The translations under genes and the position numbers were made by a program. From the NCBI RefSeq assembly GCF_000002075.1, contig NW_004797280.1:2590147-2654146 (forward strand): a DNA stretch of 64,000 nt. The letters are read 5' to 3'. How positions within the stretch are numbered: position 1 is the stretch's first letter; each line of letters opens with the position of its first letter. This document shows positions 12,201 through 24,601 of the stretch, piece by piece. The notes beneath the pieces are model-generated. The model saw only the letters and a list, made by a program, of their open reading frames with translations. It ran no database searches and was not told the DNA's origin. Origin of the DNA: Aplysia californica. Taxonomy: Eukaryota.

Positions 12201-15057
12201 TACTGTGTGTGTAACGTTTCACATTGTGTGTGGGTCACACTGTTTACATTCTAATATTTCGAAAGCGAAGTTTAAAGAATTACCATATGACTTGGTTTTT
12301 TTTGGGTGGGGGGGAGAGGGGGAGAGAAATTTCTGCCATAAAGGCCTAGATCTATCTGCAATGGGGGGCAGGAGGGTGGTTAGATTTATTTTAAAAATTG
12401 GGGGGGGGGGGGATTAGTATGAAATGGAAGGAGTCGCTCCGTTAGTTGGTTTGTCCATCCGCTCGCTCACTAAATGAACTGTTGTCTCTATGTCGGAATA
12501 GTAGCGAGTAACGAACAAATCTTCACAAGCTTGTTAGCGGTCTGCTCGTTTGTGAGTTGTACCAGCAAACCGTTCGTTACTTGCGGACTTTGATTTAGCG
12601 AGCCTGACCCAACTCCATTAGGTGCCAACCCAGCCTGAGACTGAGAACTGAGAGTCGAAGGGATAGCTTGATGTTGCACATTTTATTTACTTAAAAGTAA
12701 AAGCAATGCTAAGTAAAAGTTAAAGTAAAAAATGTTTACTTTAATTAATAGCTCTGATCGTAGTAGTAGTAGTAGAGCTATACTTTCTGGAATAGGTGTA
12801 GGCCTACTGCATTGTCACATTGTGCAGTCTTCATAATTTATATATATATATATATACATATATTTACCACATGATACATACCCATGCCCCGTCGAGGAAG
12901 GCCCTTTAGGCCCTAAGTCTACTGGCATTTCTCGTCAGTTGCAGGCCAGGCTCATATATACATGCAAATGAGCTCGTTTTTGTCAGTCACTGACTTCCTT
13001 TGCCAGACTACGCGATTTTCCTGCATGCACGCTTCTTTGTCAGCCGTACATGTGACGAAGAAAGCCTCGATTCGACTCATTTTGGAAGGAAATTTGCATG
13101 TTTAAGTACATTTGTGCTTGTTCGTTGTACTTTACATTATCAATTTATCAATATAGTTGTATCTCATTATAATATGTTGTACAATAGTAGATTTGTACTG
13201 AAAAACAGCAAAAAAAATGGAATTAAAGCACTTGACCTAGATTATTTCGTTATCTAGATAGCTAAAAATAGGTTAGCCTTCGCGGTCGTATGAGCAAAAA
13301 TTCTACACGAGTGGAGAATCTTTGTGGTATGAGCTAAAATGTATGCCAGGGTCAAGCCTCTGCGTAATTTTTTTTTAAAGACAGTCTTGTCTAGACCTGT
13401 ACTTATATGATCTCTATAAGTCTACACACCAGAAACAATGCTGAAAATGTAAATAAATAAATAAATCGCCTGTGCCTGTGTTGTTTGTTGTTCTCGTAGT
13501 CATAACACATTGGGCTTAAAATAGTTTAAGCCTAGGTGGTCTAGCGCGGTGGACATGAATTGTCTTGAGTCTGTTCTACACCATGCAAAAACGTCGTACA
13601 GTAGCCTGGCCTGGAAGTGATCTTATTTTGGTGGGCGCGTAGACTGACAGTTGAGATTTCGAAACATTCACAAAGACAATCCAGTCTGTCAGTGTTTTGG
13701 CAATGGTTGGTCCTAAGGCTATACTGCTGTGAACTGACACAGAGTATGAGTACTGCATTGTGTTGACCTCACATCACATATATCCATATAGATATATGCT
13801 TCATGGAGAGGAGCCCTTTTCAGTTTTTTAAACATTTACAAGGACAATCCCATCTGTTAAACAAAATCCCATCTGTTAAACAAAATCCCATCTGTTAAAC
13901 AAAATCCCATCTGTTAAACAAAATCCCATCTGTTAAACAAAATCCCATCTGTTAAACAAAATCCCATCTGTTAAACAAAAATGAGCCATTAGTTGTCAAA
14001 GGAGGTTCAGTGTTCGAATTTTAGTTTAAGTCTTTATAATAATTTATGGGTTTATTTATTCTCATTACTTTGTAATAGATTTCTTTGCTGTCTATCAGAT
14101 CTTCCAAGTATATAATCAGGTTTTCTCTCATCTCGTGTCCATATATGTAATGATATTAATCTTTTTAATTTTATCTTTTTATACAACTTAAGCTGTATCT
14201 GGTTCAAGGAAAATAAACATATATACACCACAATTTTTTCATGATGCTTCCATTTTTACTATATATTTTTTATTTATTTTTAGGATTGGTGCAACTGGGA
14301 AGATGAGTCCTTTGATGAGATGGATAGTACACTAGCTGTTCAGCAAGTGAGTACTGTACAAGGTTTAGAAAAGATCTTTGACTATTTCATGTAATATAAT
14401 ACATTCCAAACACATAAAATGAATTCGGCAGGGTGCAAAAATCTTTTTATATGTACGAATTTCGCTATATATTGTGTACATTTTAATACAAAGGTTTCTT
14501 TATATTTAGGACAAAATTCAAGACCAGAAATTCTGTTCACTATGTGTGTGTTGTTGCTTTTTTGTTAAGAGCATCCAAGCAAAGGAATGAATTGACAACC
14601 ACGATTGCAGATGTTTGCTGCAGATATAGCTCTTGATGATGATGATGTATGTATCATTATGTTCATGTTCACTGTTCATATATATTATATATATAATGTG
14701 TTTCTCTTGTCCTGCCTCAAGACGGTCTTCTGAGTTATTTAGCATACAAATTATGCCGTTATTGTCATAGTATAGAGATAAGTTACAGCCTTTGAAAGTT
14801 TTAGGGTAAATATATGCCTGAGATTTTAATAAATGTGACGTGACTAGGATTATGAAGGAATGAGTGGTCAGTGCTTACAATTATCAGGAGGTAAAACTGT
14901 TTTACACATTTAGCAATCTTACCAACTAAAAGCTTTTTTCGTTTTCCATGTAAAACTTCTTTTTTCCTCTTTATGCCCTTAACACATGGTGGAGTCTTTC
15001 TCTCTCCGTCTGTCTCTTTGTCTCTCCCCCTCCCTCCCTCTCTCCCTCCCTCCCTCC

Positions 15058-15098
<41 letters not shown>

Positions 15099-17552
15099 TG
15101 TGTGTGCAGTGATGACGACAATGGAATGTGAGTGGATGTGTCCTAAGATTTGCCAGTTTACTTTTTTTGCCCCTGCTTTAGAAACGTAAGTTTTATGACT
15201 TTTCAAAGTACAGGATACAGTGTAGTCTCTGCTAAAGATCCCAGTGCCTGGGAGCAAGGGAAATACGGGATCTTAACAGATGCACCGAGGGGATACTCTA
15301 CGGTGACTCATGGTCAGTCCCATAATTGGCAAGAAGGTCTCCCCTTACTCTCAGAAATGAACTGACGTGACCCCTAGGTGGGTTTATGACTCATGACTTA
15401 ATGGGAGCAAAGAGTGGTCAACATTGATGACCAATCACAATGGCATGAGGCATGCAATGTTCGTTCATGAAATTGTCTCAAGATTTATGCCGATCCTATT
15501 GCTTCTCCCCTTTACCTGTTGAAAATGTATAGCTCTCCTTCTCTGACTAGTCTAGCAAATTGGGGTGCAGAAAGAACTGCTGCAATGATCAGGGAAACAA
15601 AAGCAGGGAAAACTTGTAGGCTCTACCCACACAGCTTGTGATGTAAGTTCAGGCGGAGAGCTCAGATAAGAGTGGGATGTTTGGGGAACACAAATGTGCT
15701 GACGAGTTCATACTGAAGTGTGATCTTGTCTTGGGCAAACATTGTACTGTTTCTTGGAGATTTACAACGGAGATGTGATCATATTCATAAGTGGATGATC
15801 TGTGATGCTGCCGGCAGTAGATTGGTCGCAAAGTTTTACTGCCTGGTTGATCAGCTGTGCCCACCCAAGTTTTTGTTTTGTAAATTATGATCTGAATGGC
15901 GGGATTTTAGCCGAATGTCTTCCTTCAGAGTGGGTTCTTTGGGGTGTCTTTTGTATAGTATTAAAACATCGGTTTCTTAAGTGAACCGGGATTGTAAGCA
16001 AAGGGATCTTAGGTAGAGACCACTGTATTTGGTATTGTGATGGTAATCAAATATTAAAATGTATAGTTTACACACATATATTATATATACTGTCATTACC
16101 TGTTTCAGTTCATTCAACAAGCAATCAGGAAAGATTTCACGAACGTCGAACAAATTTTGAATCCTCCGGAGGGCCAGGACGAAGGAGTTTGGAAATATGA
16201 ACATTTGAGGTATGGCTCAGATTTACTTTGGTTTGATCAAAAGTTTTTACTGTTAAATAATAAAGAAAAATTTCTGTTTTCCTTCTTTTGTCTACTCTGC
16301 AATGTTTTAGTAATATTTCTGTTTGCAGAGTGTATTTCGAGAGACTTTAGCTTCCAGGATTAAGTGCAGGTCTGCTGATAAACTCCCCCTCCTCGAAGAA
16401 TGGATTTCTCTTAACTTCTTTTCCTTCCAAAAAACCCTTATCAGTTTTTTGAAAAAAAATAGAAATCTTTATTTATTTTTTTTTAAGTGACCGAACCAGA
16501 TGGCTTTGATCATGAAGCAGTGACGATAGTTTTCCATGAATCCGTGAAAATGTACTTCTATCTTCCATTCATTGACACTCTTCTTCTGACTACTGTCTGT
16601 CCTTTTGTTCTAAGGCCTTTAGGAAGTATGTACCTGCTTGTTGAGGATGCGCGAGACAGATCATGTGTAAACACAGTTGTCAGAGTACATTTAAATGCTA
16701 TTCCATAAAGCCCCCATTCTCCCCTTATTTGGTAATGGCTACTATTTTACCCCTTATTACAGGAAGTAACGAAAGCCAAAATATGACTTGTCTATGCATT
16801 GATATGATTGCTGCACAATTTATACTCTCATAAAATCCTTTAATGTGGCTTATGAAGATAGAAAGTTATTGTAAAATTTCCTTCTAATCTTGTGGTAGAT
16901 ATGTAGCTAAACAGTAACCATCTGATTTTAAAAAAAGCGGTACTTGATGACATCCAAGGTCAGACTCATGTTCTCTCTTCGTAACTCCCTGGATTTGATG
17001 AGACATCTCATTTTGATTGTTTTGTAGTTGACAGTGGCATCTTTGTACATTTATTTTGAGCATCTTTGCAGTGTCTAATGGGTTTCACATTTATGACCAA
17101 GCCTTGTAAAGAAACTGTATTATCATCTTGCAACAAAATTAAACTGAATAAACACATTTTCAAAAGTAGTGGGCATATATTTCAAAAAGTCATAGACTTT
17201 GGCCGATTTGTATCAGTTATTTATTGCTTGTTGTTTCTCAGTTGAAAAAGTCCTGATTTCATACGAATTCCCAATAATTTATTACAAATAGAAGAAAAGA
17301 GGTGCTCCAGCTATGCTCATTTCTTGAGAATGGCAGAAATGTACACATAATATTATAATAATAATAATAATGTAGATAATTTCTATAGCGCCCACTCCCG
17401 TGTGAGCACACCTCTAGGCGCTTTACATAAATGCATGTACAAACAATATTCACACACGCGCACACAAACTTGCACACACACACTCACACACACACACATA
17501 AACTCAGGTACATATTACACACACACACATGCACGCCAAATGAACGCTCACA

Positions 17553-17623
<71 letters not shown>

Positions 17624-20600
17624 GTCTACTTGCTTATCACACGCGCACTCTTACACATCGGATCATTACAAAATGTGCACATACAAATACATAATAAAGT
17701 AATATACACAATGCACATCTGTCTATTGCTTCATTTAAGAGTTGTTTGACTGTCAGTATAGGACAAGTAAAACATTTTAAACATTTTATTGTAACTTGTG
17801 GAGGTGGATGGTTTATGCCTTGATCTAGAAATTTTTCTTTAAATTATCATGGCTAACATAAGGGGGATAAGTTTCAATAGTGAAGATGAATTTTTAAAAA
17901 TCTTTATTTATTTATTTATTTTTTTCAGGCAGTTTTGTTTAGAACTGAATGGTATTGCTGTCAAGCTGCAGGTTGGTAATTTTTAAGATTGTGTTCTTTT
18001 GTAGTGGCACTATGCACTGAATGCAGGTCCAGTAGCTCTTAAAACAAGAAAAAGAAAATTAGAGTACTCAAAGGGCAAAAAGCAGCTGAAATAATAAATA
18101 CCTCTGTATTTATGGTTTGAAGACCTTTGTCATTATTATTATCAAGGTATTTTTTGTTTGCTTCTTTTTTGATGGACAAAGGTGTCAATGAGGTGTTTTT
18201 CAGATTTGCTGAAGCTTCGGAACAATGCATGGCAAAATTTAAAGTCCTTTAAAATAATAATTTTTTTTCAGGGTAATGTGTAAGTGTTTGAGCTCTTTGA
18301 AATTTCATCAGCTGCCTTCAAACTGACAAGGCAGTCATGAACCGCAAATTGAATTAGAGAAAGATTTTTCGGTTAATGGCTTACACTTTCAATAGAATGT
18401 TTTACTTAGTATGCAGTCTAACTTGCTTATGATACAGATGGCCACCCATTGTCGTGGAAAAAAGTGGTTTTCTTAGACGGGTGGATATCTTGGACAGTGT
18501 GGTTGTAATACAGAAAAAAACACCCTTGACAATGGGGAAGTGGTCATTTGTACAGTTGATTGTTTTGGACAGGTGGCTGTTAGAGCAGGTTCAGCTGTAT
18601 TTAGTCTGGGAAGGAATTGTTTTTTGTTTGTTTCAGATCCTGATTAAAAATGCAGGATAGTTACTTTTAAGCTAATGGGAAGGAAGCAAGTGTGAATTTT
18701 TTTGTCCTTTTCATGGTCAATAATGAAACTTGATTAATATTTATTTTATGTTTGATTTTCTCCAGGCTTGAGTAGATCAGAACATAACATTATGTTGCGG
18801 TATTCAGTAGTAAATGAACTTGTATTGCTGTACTAAATTTGAACTGATATCTTTGAAATTTTTTCCAGTGTAGATTTTGTTTTGTTTATAAATTTGTCAT
18901 GCAAGTTTTGGCAGAAATATGATTAATCGTAGTGATGTATATGATCCATAGCTGTAGATTATTTTATTATAGTTTTCTTCTTAGTGTTTTCGCCTTGAGG
19001 TAAGATGCTTGCCCCTCCTCATGCCAAAGTACTGAGTTCCATTCCTAGTTCCTGCAGGCAAGATCAGTGAAGAATTCTAAAGATCTGTTTTTTTTGGTTT
19101 TTTTACTGCTTTGAAAACATAGTTTATTTGGATAGTAAGAATTAATGCCTCTCTGGTTTGTAGGGGCATCTTGCCTTAAAATTGTAAAATAATTCCTCCT
19201 CTAAACTGGAGATGCTCATGTTGGTATCAATTATAAGAATATGTTCAGAATCAGTATGCGTGTCAGCAGGAAAGGCAAGGATCATTGCATTCAACATGTA
19301 ACAGTCAACTGCTCCATAAGTTGTTTAAATGCTTGCGGAGGGCTACCTCATGGACCCACCAGAGGAAGGCTGATGAAGAAAGGTATCAATGGTATAGAGT
19401 TGAAGCAAAGACTTTTCAGCAAGACAGTGATGGTCATTTAGTTTTCAGTAAATGAAGTAAAGCAAAAATTTGATCTATCTTATGGACACTGAAGTAAGTT
19501 GGATCTCCTTGTGGCACCCTCTGATCTGATGTTGTGAAACATTCCTTTCATTTTGCAGGCTGAATGTAACCCTGAAACTTGTACACAGATGACAGCTACA
19601 GAACAGTGGATATTTCTTTGTGCTGCACATAAGACCCCGAAAGAAGTAAGGAATCTCAATTATGTATTGTTTGTGAATAATGTGCAGTGTTTTTTCTATG
19701 AATGTAGTTGTTTGTATAGTGTATGTGGAGAAGCAAGTCTCCATTATTAGTTTTGTCTTTTGTGTCTGTATTTTCTTGAGAAATAAGAAGAGTGTAAATC
19801 AGTAGTCTGTTGGTTGAACCATTTCTACCGCATATATTTGATACATTTTTATATGTATTGAGAGCAGGGAAAGCACTTAACATCTTTAGGTGTGAACATT
19901 GTTTTATGGAACTATTGGTACGATTTTAAAGAATACTCTGCAATAATCCATGACCTTTTTGGCAGTATGTTGTTTCTTTTCATTCATTAAATGTACTATC
20001 TGATCCATTTTTAGTGTCCTGCTATTGACTACACAAGGCACACACTGGATGGAGCAGCCTGTCTATTAAACAGCAACAAGTATTTTCCTAGCAGGTACAC
20101 TTCAATGCAGTTTTCTAATTTCTACGTGTGAAATGAGTCAGATGTTATATATGAGCTGTATGCGTTTCATTTTTCTGCCAACTGAATGCTTCTATAATTT
20201 TTTAACTCTTTATCTCCGGCAAGCCGCTCCCAGCGGCTCGCAGTTGGAACTGCTGTGCCGGTGAGTACTATCATAATAGGTTCGCTAGTTTCGATTTAAT
20301 TACCCATTTAGTGACGTTTTCGTCATTACTAGATTTAGTACTAAAAAAGGGTCCCGGCGTAGTGGGTTTATCCCCCCTCGGAGATAAAGAGTTAAGAGAG
20401 CAATTTCCAAAATATAGTATCAAAATTAATACAGTATTACTGCGACATAGCTCACTGTCCTTATGTATACTCTGAATTCTTAAAACTGGGGAAATGATCC
20501 ACTAAAGTGCTATACTTAATATGTCTTTTATAAAAAATTTTCAAAGTGATCTAAAAAAAATCCTAGCAACTATGTTTGGGAAAGAATACTGTTCTAACTA

Positions 20601-23600
20601 GCCTGTTTTCACAGCAGTGTAGTATGAACAAGTTCAAAATAGTGCATCAAGGTAGCTCATGAAATAAACTTTCAAAGTCTTTGTTTGGTTACGATCACTT
20701 CGCACGCAGAGTTGTTCAGTATTTTGAAAGTTGATTTTTTTAGTTGTCCGAGTTGTAACTATATTTGCCGAAATTACTTCAGTTGTTCAAACATGCTATT
20801 TTTGAGTGAATTGGGGGGGGGAGCAGGCAAATTTGGCAACTGAAAGGATTTACGGATATCGGTGACTTGAAGTAAATGTAAGAGTGAAACGGTCAAGATT
20901 GGTCATGAAGAGTCTGTATTAAGTTGTTAGATACAGAGATGCCAACCAGTACGATTTTACGTATTTTAGTACGATTTTTTTGCCGCAAATACGCGAATAC
21001 GACTTTTCATGAAAAAATACGCATCCTGGAATGCGAAAAATACGAGATCCAGTTTGGGCGAGTAAACCTAATTAACACACGTCCCCTTTTTTGTCAAAAT
21101 AGTATCAGTATCACGGAACTGGAATATTTGAAAACCAAGTCCGATAAGGTCAGTAAGTTCATTTTGCCGGTCGCGATTGTGATAATATTCGTTTAGGTCC
21201 TCCTCCGAGAGTAAGTTTTACTTTCACGCGAACAGGCGGCTATGGCGGCAGACGTAAATGTATGTGACACCAAGGCTTGATCGGGAAAAATCAAGACCTA
21301 CTTTCGCTTTCGTTACCACCGAGAAGTTTGCAAGCGGTGGACTGATAACGCAACTTATTTGTCACATGCAGGTTGTGCAGTGTAAACGCTGTGTTGCTGT
21401 GCAAATAAAATTTCTCGAATTCGTCTCTGTGCTGTTACTTGTAGGAAAAAAAGAAAAGAAAATACAAGCGTCGTCCGGTTTTTAGATTGTCGGGCTCGCC
21501 ATCGTGACCGGTCACTGAACCTGCGCGCATTTGCATCACAAATAAATGCGGCATCGTGTGAGCAAAGACGTCTTTGGTGGGAGTAACGGCCTTGCAAAAT
21601 ATTATAGGACTATGGGAGGGGATTATTGATTTTTTAAAATACACTCGAGGAGGGGGGGGGGGGTGTGAAGGCAACACCAGAGGGCAAAAACTTGGAGGCA
21701 AATTTCAGAATTTTGATTAGAGCTCTCTGCACATGTAAAGCACGCGTTGGTGCAGGCCGTGGACCCTTCATACTTTGCAAGTCTGTGTAATTGAAATAAA
21801 ATGTTCGCGTGTCATTGGATGGGTGATAGTAAATGATACCTACAGTGTTTGTTGTAGCTTTCTGTTCAAGACGGGCAGATTTTCAGTGTCACTGCATCTT
21901 GCCCTCCCACAGTTGTTACAACTCTCACAGTGCACGGGTCTACTTGAGCCTTTCAAGTTATTGCTCTTCTCTGAGTTTGAGCAATAATTTTAGTCTGTCA
22001 GTTCATAATATGAATCATGACACCAAGACTGGTTCTTGATAGTCGAAATTCTTGTTCTAGGCCCTTCCGAACGCTCAAAACAGGATTAATTTTTTATAAT
22101 AATAATGAGTGGAAAATATTATAACAGACTGAAATACTTAAGTCAAACAAGACCCCAGTACGACACTGAACACTGACATGTAGTTGACTGGATACATATT
22201 GTACGCGTGTGTGCTCCCTTTTTCGAGCTGGTGAGCTCGTAATTTTTTTTCAGGAAATATTGCTGGACACCCTGAACATTTTACTGGTTGGTCGGTCGGT
22301 CGTGGAGAATACACATTTTCCCCTGAAAATACACATTTTCATATTTCCCAATACTCATTTTGGTTTTGTTTGGTTGGCATCTCTGTAGATACCTTGCTAG
22401 AACATATCTATGGAAGTGCTTGGCAAAGAGCCTGGAGATTCTATTTGATGCAGTTGTATTGGTGTTATCTTTTTCAGTGCTTCCAGTTTTCCGCAAATTT
22501 GCGGATATCAGCAAATGGAAAAATTTACGCAAAATTAGTGCAAACAAGATTTTAAAACAAAAAAGTTAAATGGGAAATAAAAATTTTCAGTAATTACTAA
22601 TAGTCAACAATAGCCAACCCATACCGGAAGTGCTCTTTCATATGAAAGTGTAGACAGTGTCTTTCACTTTTAAAGCACAAGCAGCAGAGCACCAGGACTG
22701 TAAACGAGAGGAAGAAATGTGGTTCAATAGATCTTGGGCCTGCCAAGAAACTAAAGAGAGCTTGATTTTTTTATCAGACTTGTTTATTTGTAAATATTGT
22801 TGTGGATTTAAGTTGAACATAAACTGTCATGTTATTTAGGCCTAGCCGTTATACTATTATAGGTGTACAGTACAAGGAAGAACAGTATGGCCTTGGATTA
22901 TGTGGATTCTACACATTATGGTGCAAACCAACACAAGTGGAAAAAAGTTGAACTTTACTTGTCAAGCTATATAGATCTAGTTGTTATTTTATTACCCTAA
23001 GGTATCGTATAAAAAAGGGGGGGGGGAGGATGGACAAGTGATCAAAAATTAATAAGTACTAGTAGGAACAAATCTGTGTAATTTCTCCTTCAGTGAATAA
23101 AAGAACAAGAGATCTGGAAATTTTAGTGATTTTAACAAGTTACTGTGACAACTTTCCCCTTTCAGGAACAAACCAGATGCATTAAAAAATATAAACCATT
23201 GTACACAAGTTTAAAAAATGCACTGAAAATTGAGGTAGCCAACCCAATACCTGTACTAAGACTGAGGGTAATTTGCCATTTACAAAAAAAGAGGTTTCAT
23301 TCTGATGATTGTCGGTCGTGGCAAGCTGGAAAATAATAAACAGGGAGGGTACGAAAGAAGGAGCGGGGTGTGCGCAAAAAACCCTGAAAATTAAAAAAGG
23401 GGGGGGAGATGCTTATTCGATACCTTAAAGTATTATGGTTGTACATTACCGGTACAAGGGAGACAGCATGGCCTGGGATTTATATGGATTAACACAAGCA
23501 GAAAATGATGTATGCTAGGTTTGTTTTTTTATCAATTATTACCTTGTTAAATTTAGGCTTGAATAGCCAGAAATGGCATATTTAGGGTGCCCTGAAGCAA

Positions 23601-24601
23601 AAAAATCTCAAACATAAGGGGGAACGCTGTCCACTTCAACCTCCTGCCAGGGCGCTGCCCTGGACCCGAAAAATCAAGATCCTGCTGGAAGCTCTGATTT
23701 TTGGGTAATTGCCCTATACTTACTTGCAATGTGATTTGTACAAGCAGCATTTCATGTGTGTAGTTGAATCCAAAAAGATTATGATTATCACAGCTTTTTT
23801 TTTTTCTTTTTACTGCTTTTGTTCCTCAGAGTAAGCATAAAAGATTCTTCAGTAGCAAAGTTGGGATCAGTTTGTCGAAGGGTGTACAGAATATTCTCCC
23901 ATGCTTATTTCCACCACAGAACGCTTTTTGATGAATATGAGGTAAGCATTCAAATTTGAATACCTACTGCTCTTTTTGTTGTAACTATTACTCTTAAACC
24001 TTTAGTCATGCTTATAATTGAAATATCATTATACCTTACATACAGTATAGCACGTACATGGAGAAATTGCCGGGGGCGTTGAAATCTTTCTTTATGTACA
24101 ATTTTGCCGTGTACAGGTTTTTAATACAAGAAAATTTATTAAGAAATAAATTTGGGACTTGAAACTGTTCTGTGTGCTAGGCTGTATATGTTTATAATAA
24201 GTGTTTTAAAAGAATTCATATATTTAATTTTTGATAATGTAAATGTTGGGTGTCCGTGTTTTAGCTTAAAATATTTATATCTCTAAGTTAAGAATTATTC
24301 AATTTAGCAATATGTACTGATTTTTAGCTCTGGGTCATTTGTTTGAGATTGTGATAAAATGAATGGTTCCAAACTTCATTGTTCTATTAATATTGAGCCT
24401 AGTGAGATATACATGTTTCAGCAACTTGATGCAGGCTTTTAACCTAGTTTTGCTTTTCTCTTCTTTCTACCTCAGAATGAGACGTACCTGTGTCGAAGAT
24501 TTACAAAATTTGTAATCAAGTACAATCTCATGTCCAAGGATAATCTCATTGTACCCATCTTGGAGGATCAACAAACTATAGAGGGAGAGAGTGAAGCGTA
24601 G
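6231..24601 (+). CDS. MOB4: MOB kinase activator-like 4 / phocein (STRIPAK component), 224 aa, 8 coding exons
   Basis: Exons 6231-6293, 14284-14346, 16109-16209, 17929-17971, 19559-19645, 20015-20094, 23830-23941, 24476-24601. All introns GT-AG; phases join into 675 nt. Peptide [142 protein letters not shown] is recognisably MOB4. Confidence 0.97.
7221..8152. mobile_element. TA-flanked Tc1/mariner-pogo-type MITE, family 1
   Basis: TA + CAGTAGTCTCTGCCTAAGATCCC ... GGGATCTTAGGCGGAGACTACTG + TA, with repeated subterminal GGGATCTTA. Diverged paralogue at 15218-16025. Confidence 0.88.
9386..10355. mobile_element. Non-autonomous Mutator-like element, family B, with a probable transposase 5' remnant
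   Basis: 9-bp direct repeat TTTTTAGGG (9377-9385, 10356-10364). Subterminal 22-bp palindromes TATTCGGACTCGAGTCCGAATA. ORF start 9566 [33 protein letters not shown] resembles a MULE/ZSWIM3-type N-terminus. Contains a family-2 MITE fragment (~9695-10010). Confidence 0.6.
10620..11357. mobile_element. Partial copy of MULE-like family B (right part)
   Basis: Ends ..AATAGAGCTGGCC with degenerate TTCGGACTCGAG repeats. Internal 10808-11030 aligns with 42749-43020. Left boundary is approximate. Confidence 0.55.
13846..13978. repeat. 19-bp minisatellite (AATCCCATCTGTTAAACAA) x7
   Basis: Seven perfect head-to-tail units with no spacers, in MOB4 intron 1. Confidence 0.95.
15024..15106. repeat. Compound (CCCT)/(CT)n/(TG)n microsatellite
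   Basis: Directly visible. Confidence 0.9.
15218..16025. mobile_element. TA-flanked MITE family 1, second diverged copy
   Basis: Colinear with 7221-8152. Ends CAGTGTAGTCTCTGCTAAAGATCCC and GGGATCTTAGGTAGAGACCACTG. Confidence 0.85.
17353..17620 (-). repeat. L2-type SINE/LINE 3' end with (TAA)n tail and adjacent (CA)n microsatellite
   Basis: Minus strand TGTAAAGCGCCTAGAGG...GGGCGCTATAGAAAT followed by (TTA)n is an L2-like 3' tail. (CA)n at ~17549-17620. Confidence 0.55.
20206..20391. mobile_element. piggyBac-type MITE (TTAA target)
   Basis: TTAA + CTCTTTATCTCCG ... CGGAGATAAAGAG + TTAA; 13-bp perfect TIR, 186 bp. Confidence 0.8.
20934..22385. mobile_element. Non-autonomous hAT-like element with 6-bp TSD
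   Basis: 15-bp perfect TIR CAGAGATGCCAACCA / TGGTTGGCATCTCTG. Flanks TAGATA (20928-20933, 22386-22391). Iterated TACG subterminal motifs. No transposase ORF. Confidence 0.8.
23000..23425. mobile_element. Small TIR element (AGGTATCG..CGATACCT), TA-flanked, superfamily unclear
   Basis: AGGTATCGtATAA at the left end and TTATtCGATACCT at the right end, with TA on both sides. Confidence 0.5.

Noticed and set aside
13846-13978. CRISPR array
   Set aside because: Contiguous tandem units with no spacers.
17402-17749. His/Thr-rich ORFs
   Set aside because: Translation of (CA)n.
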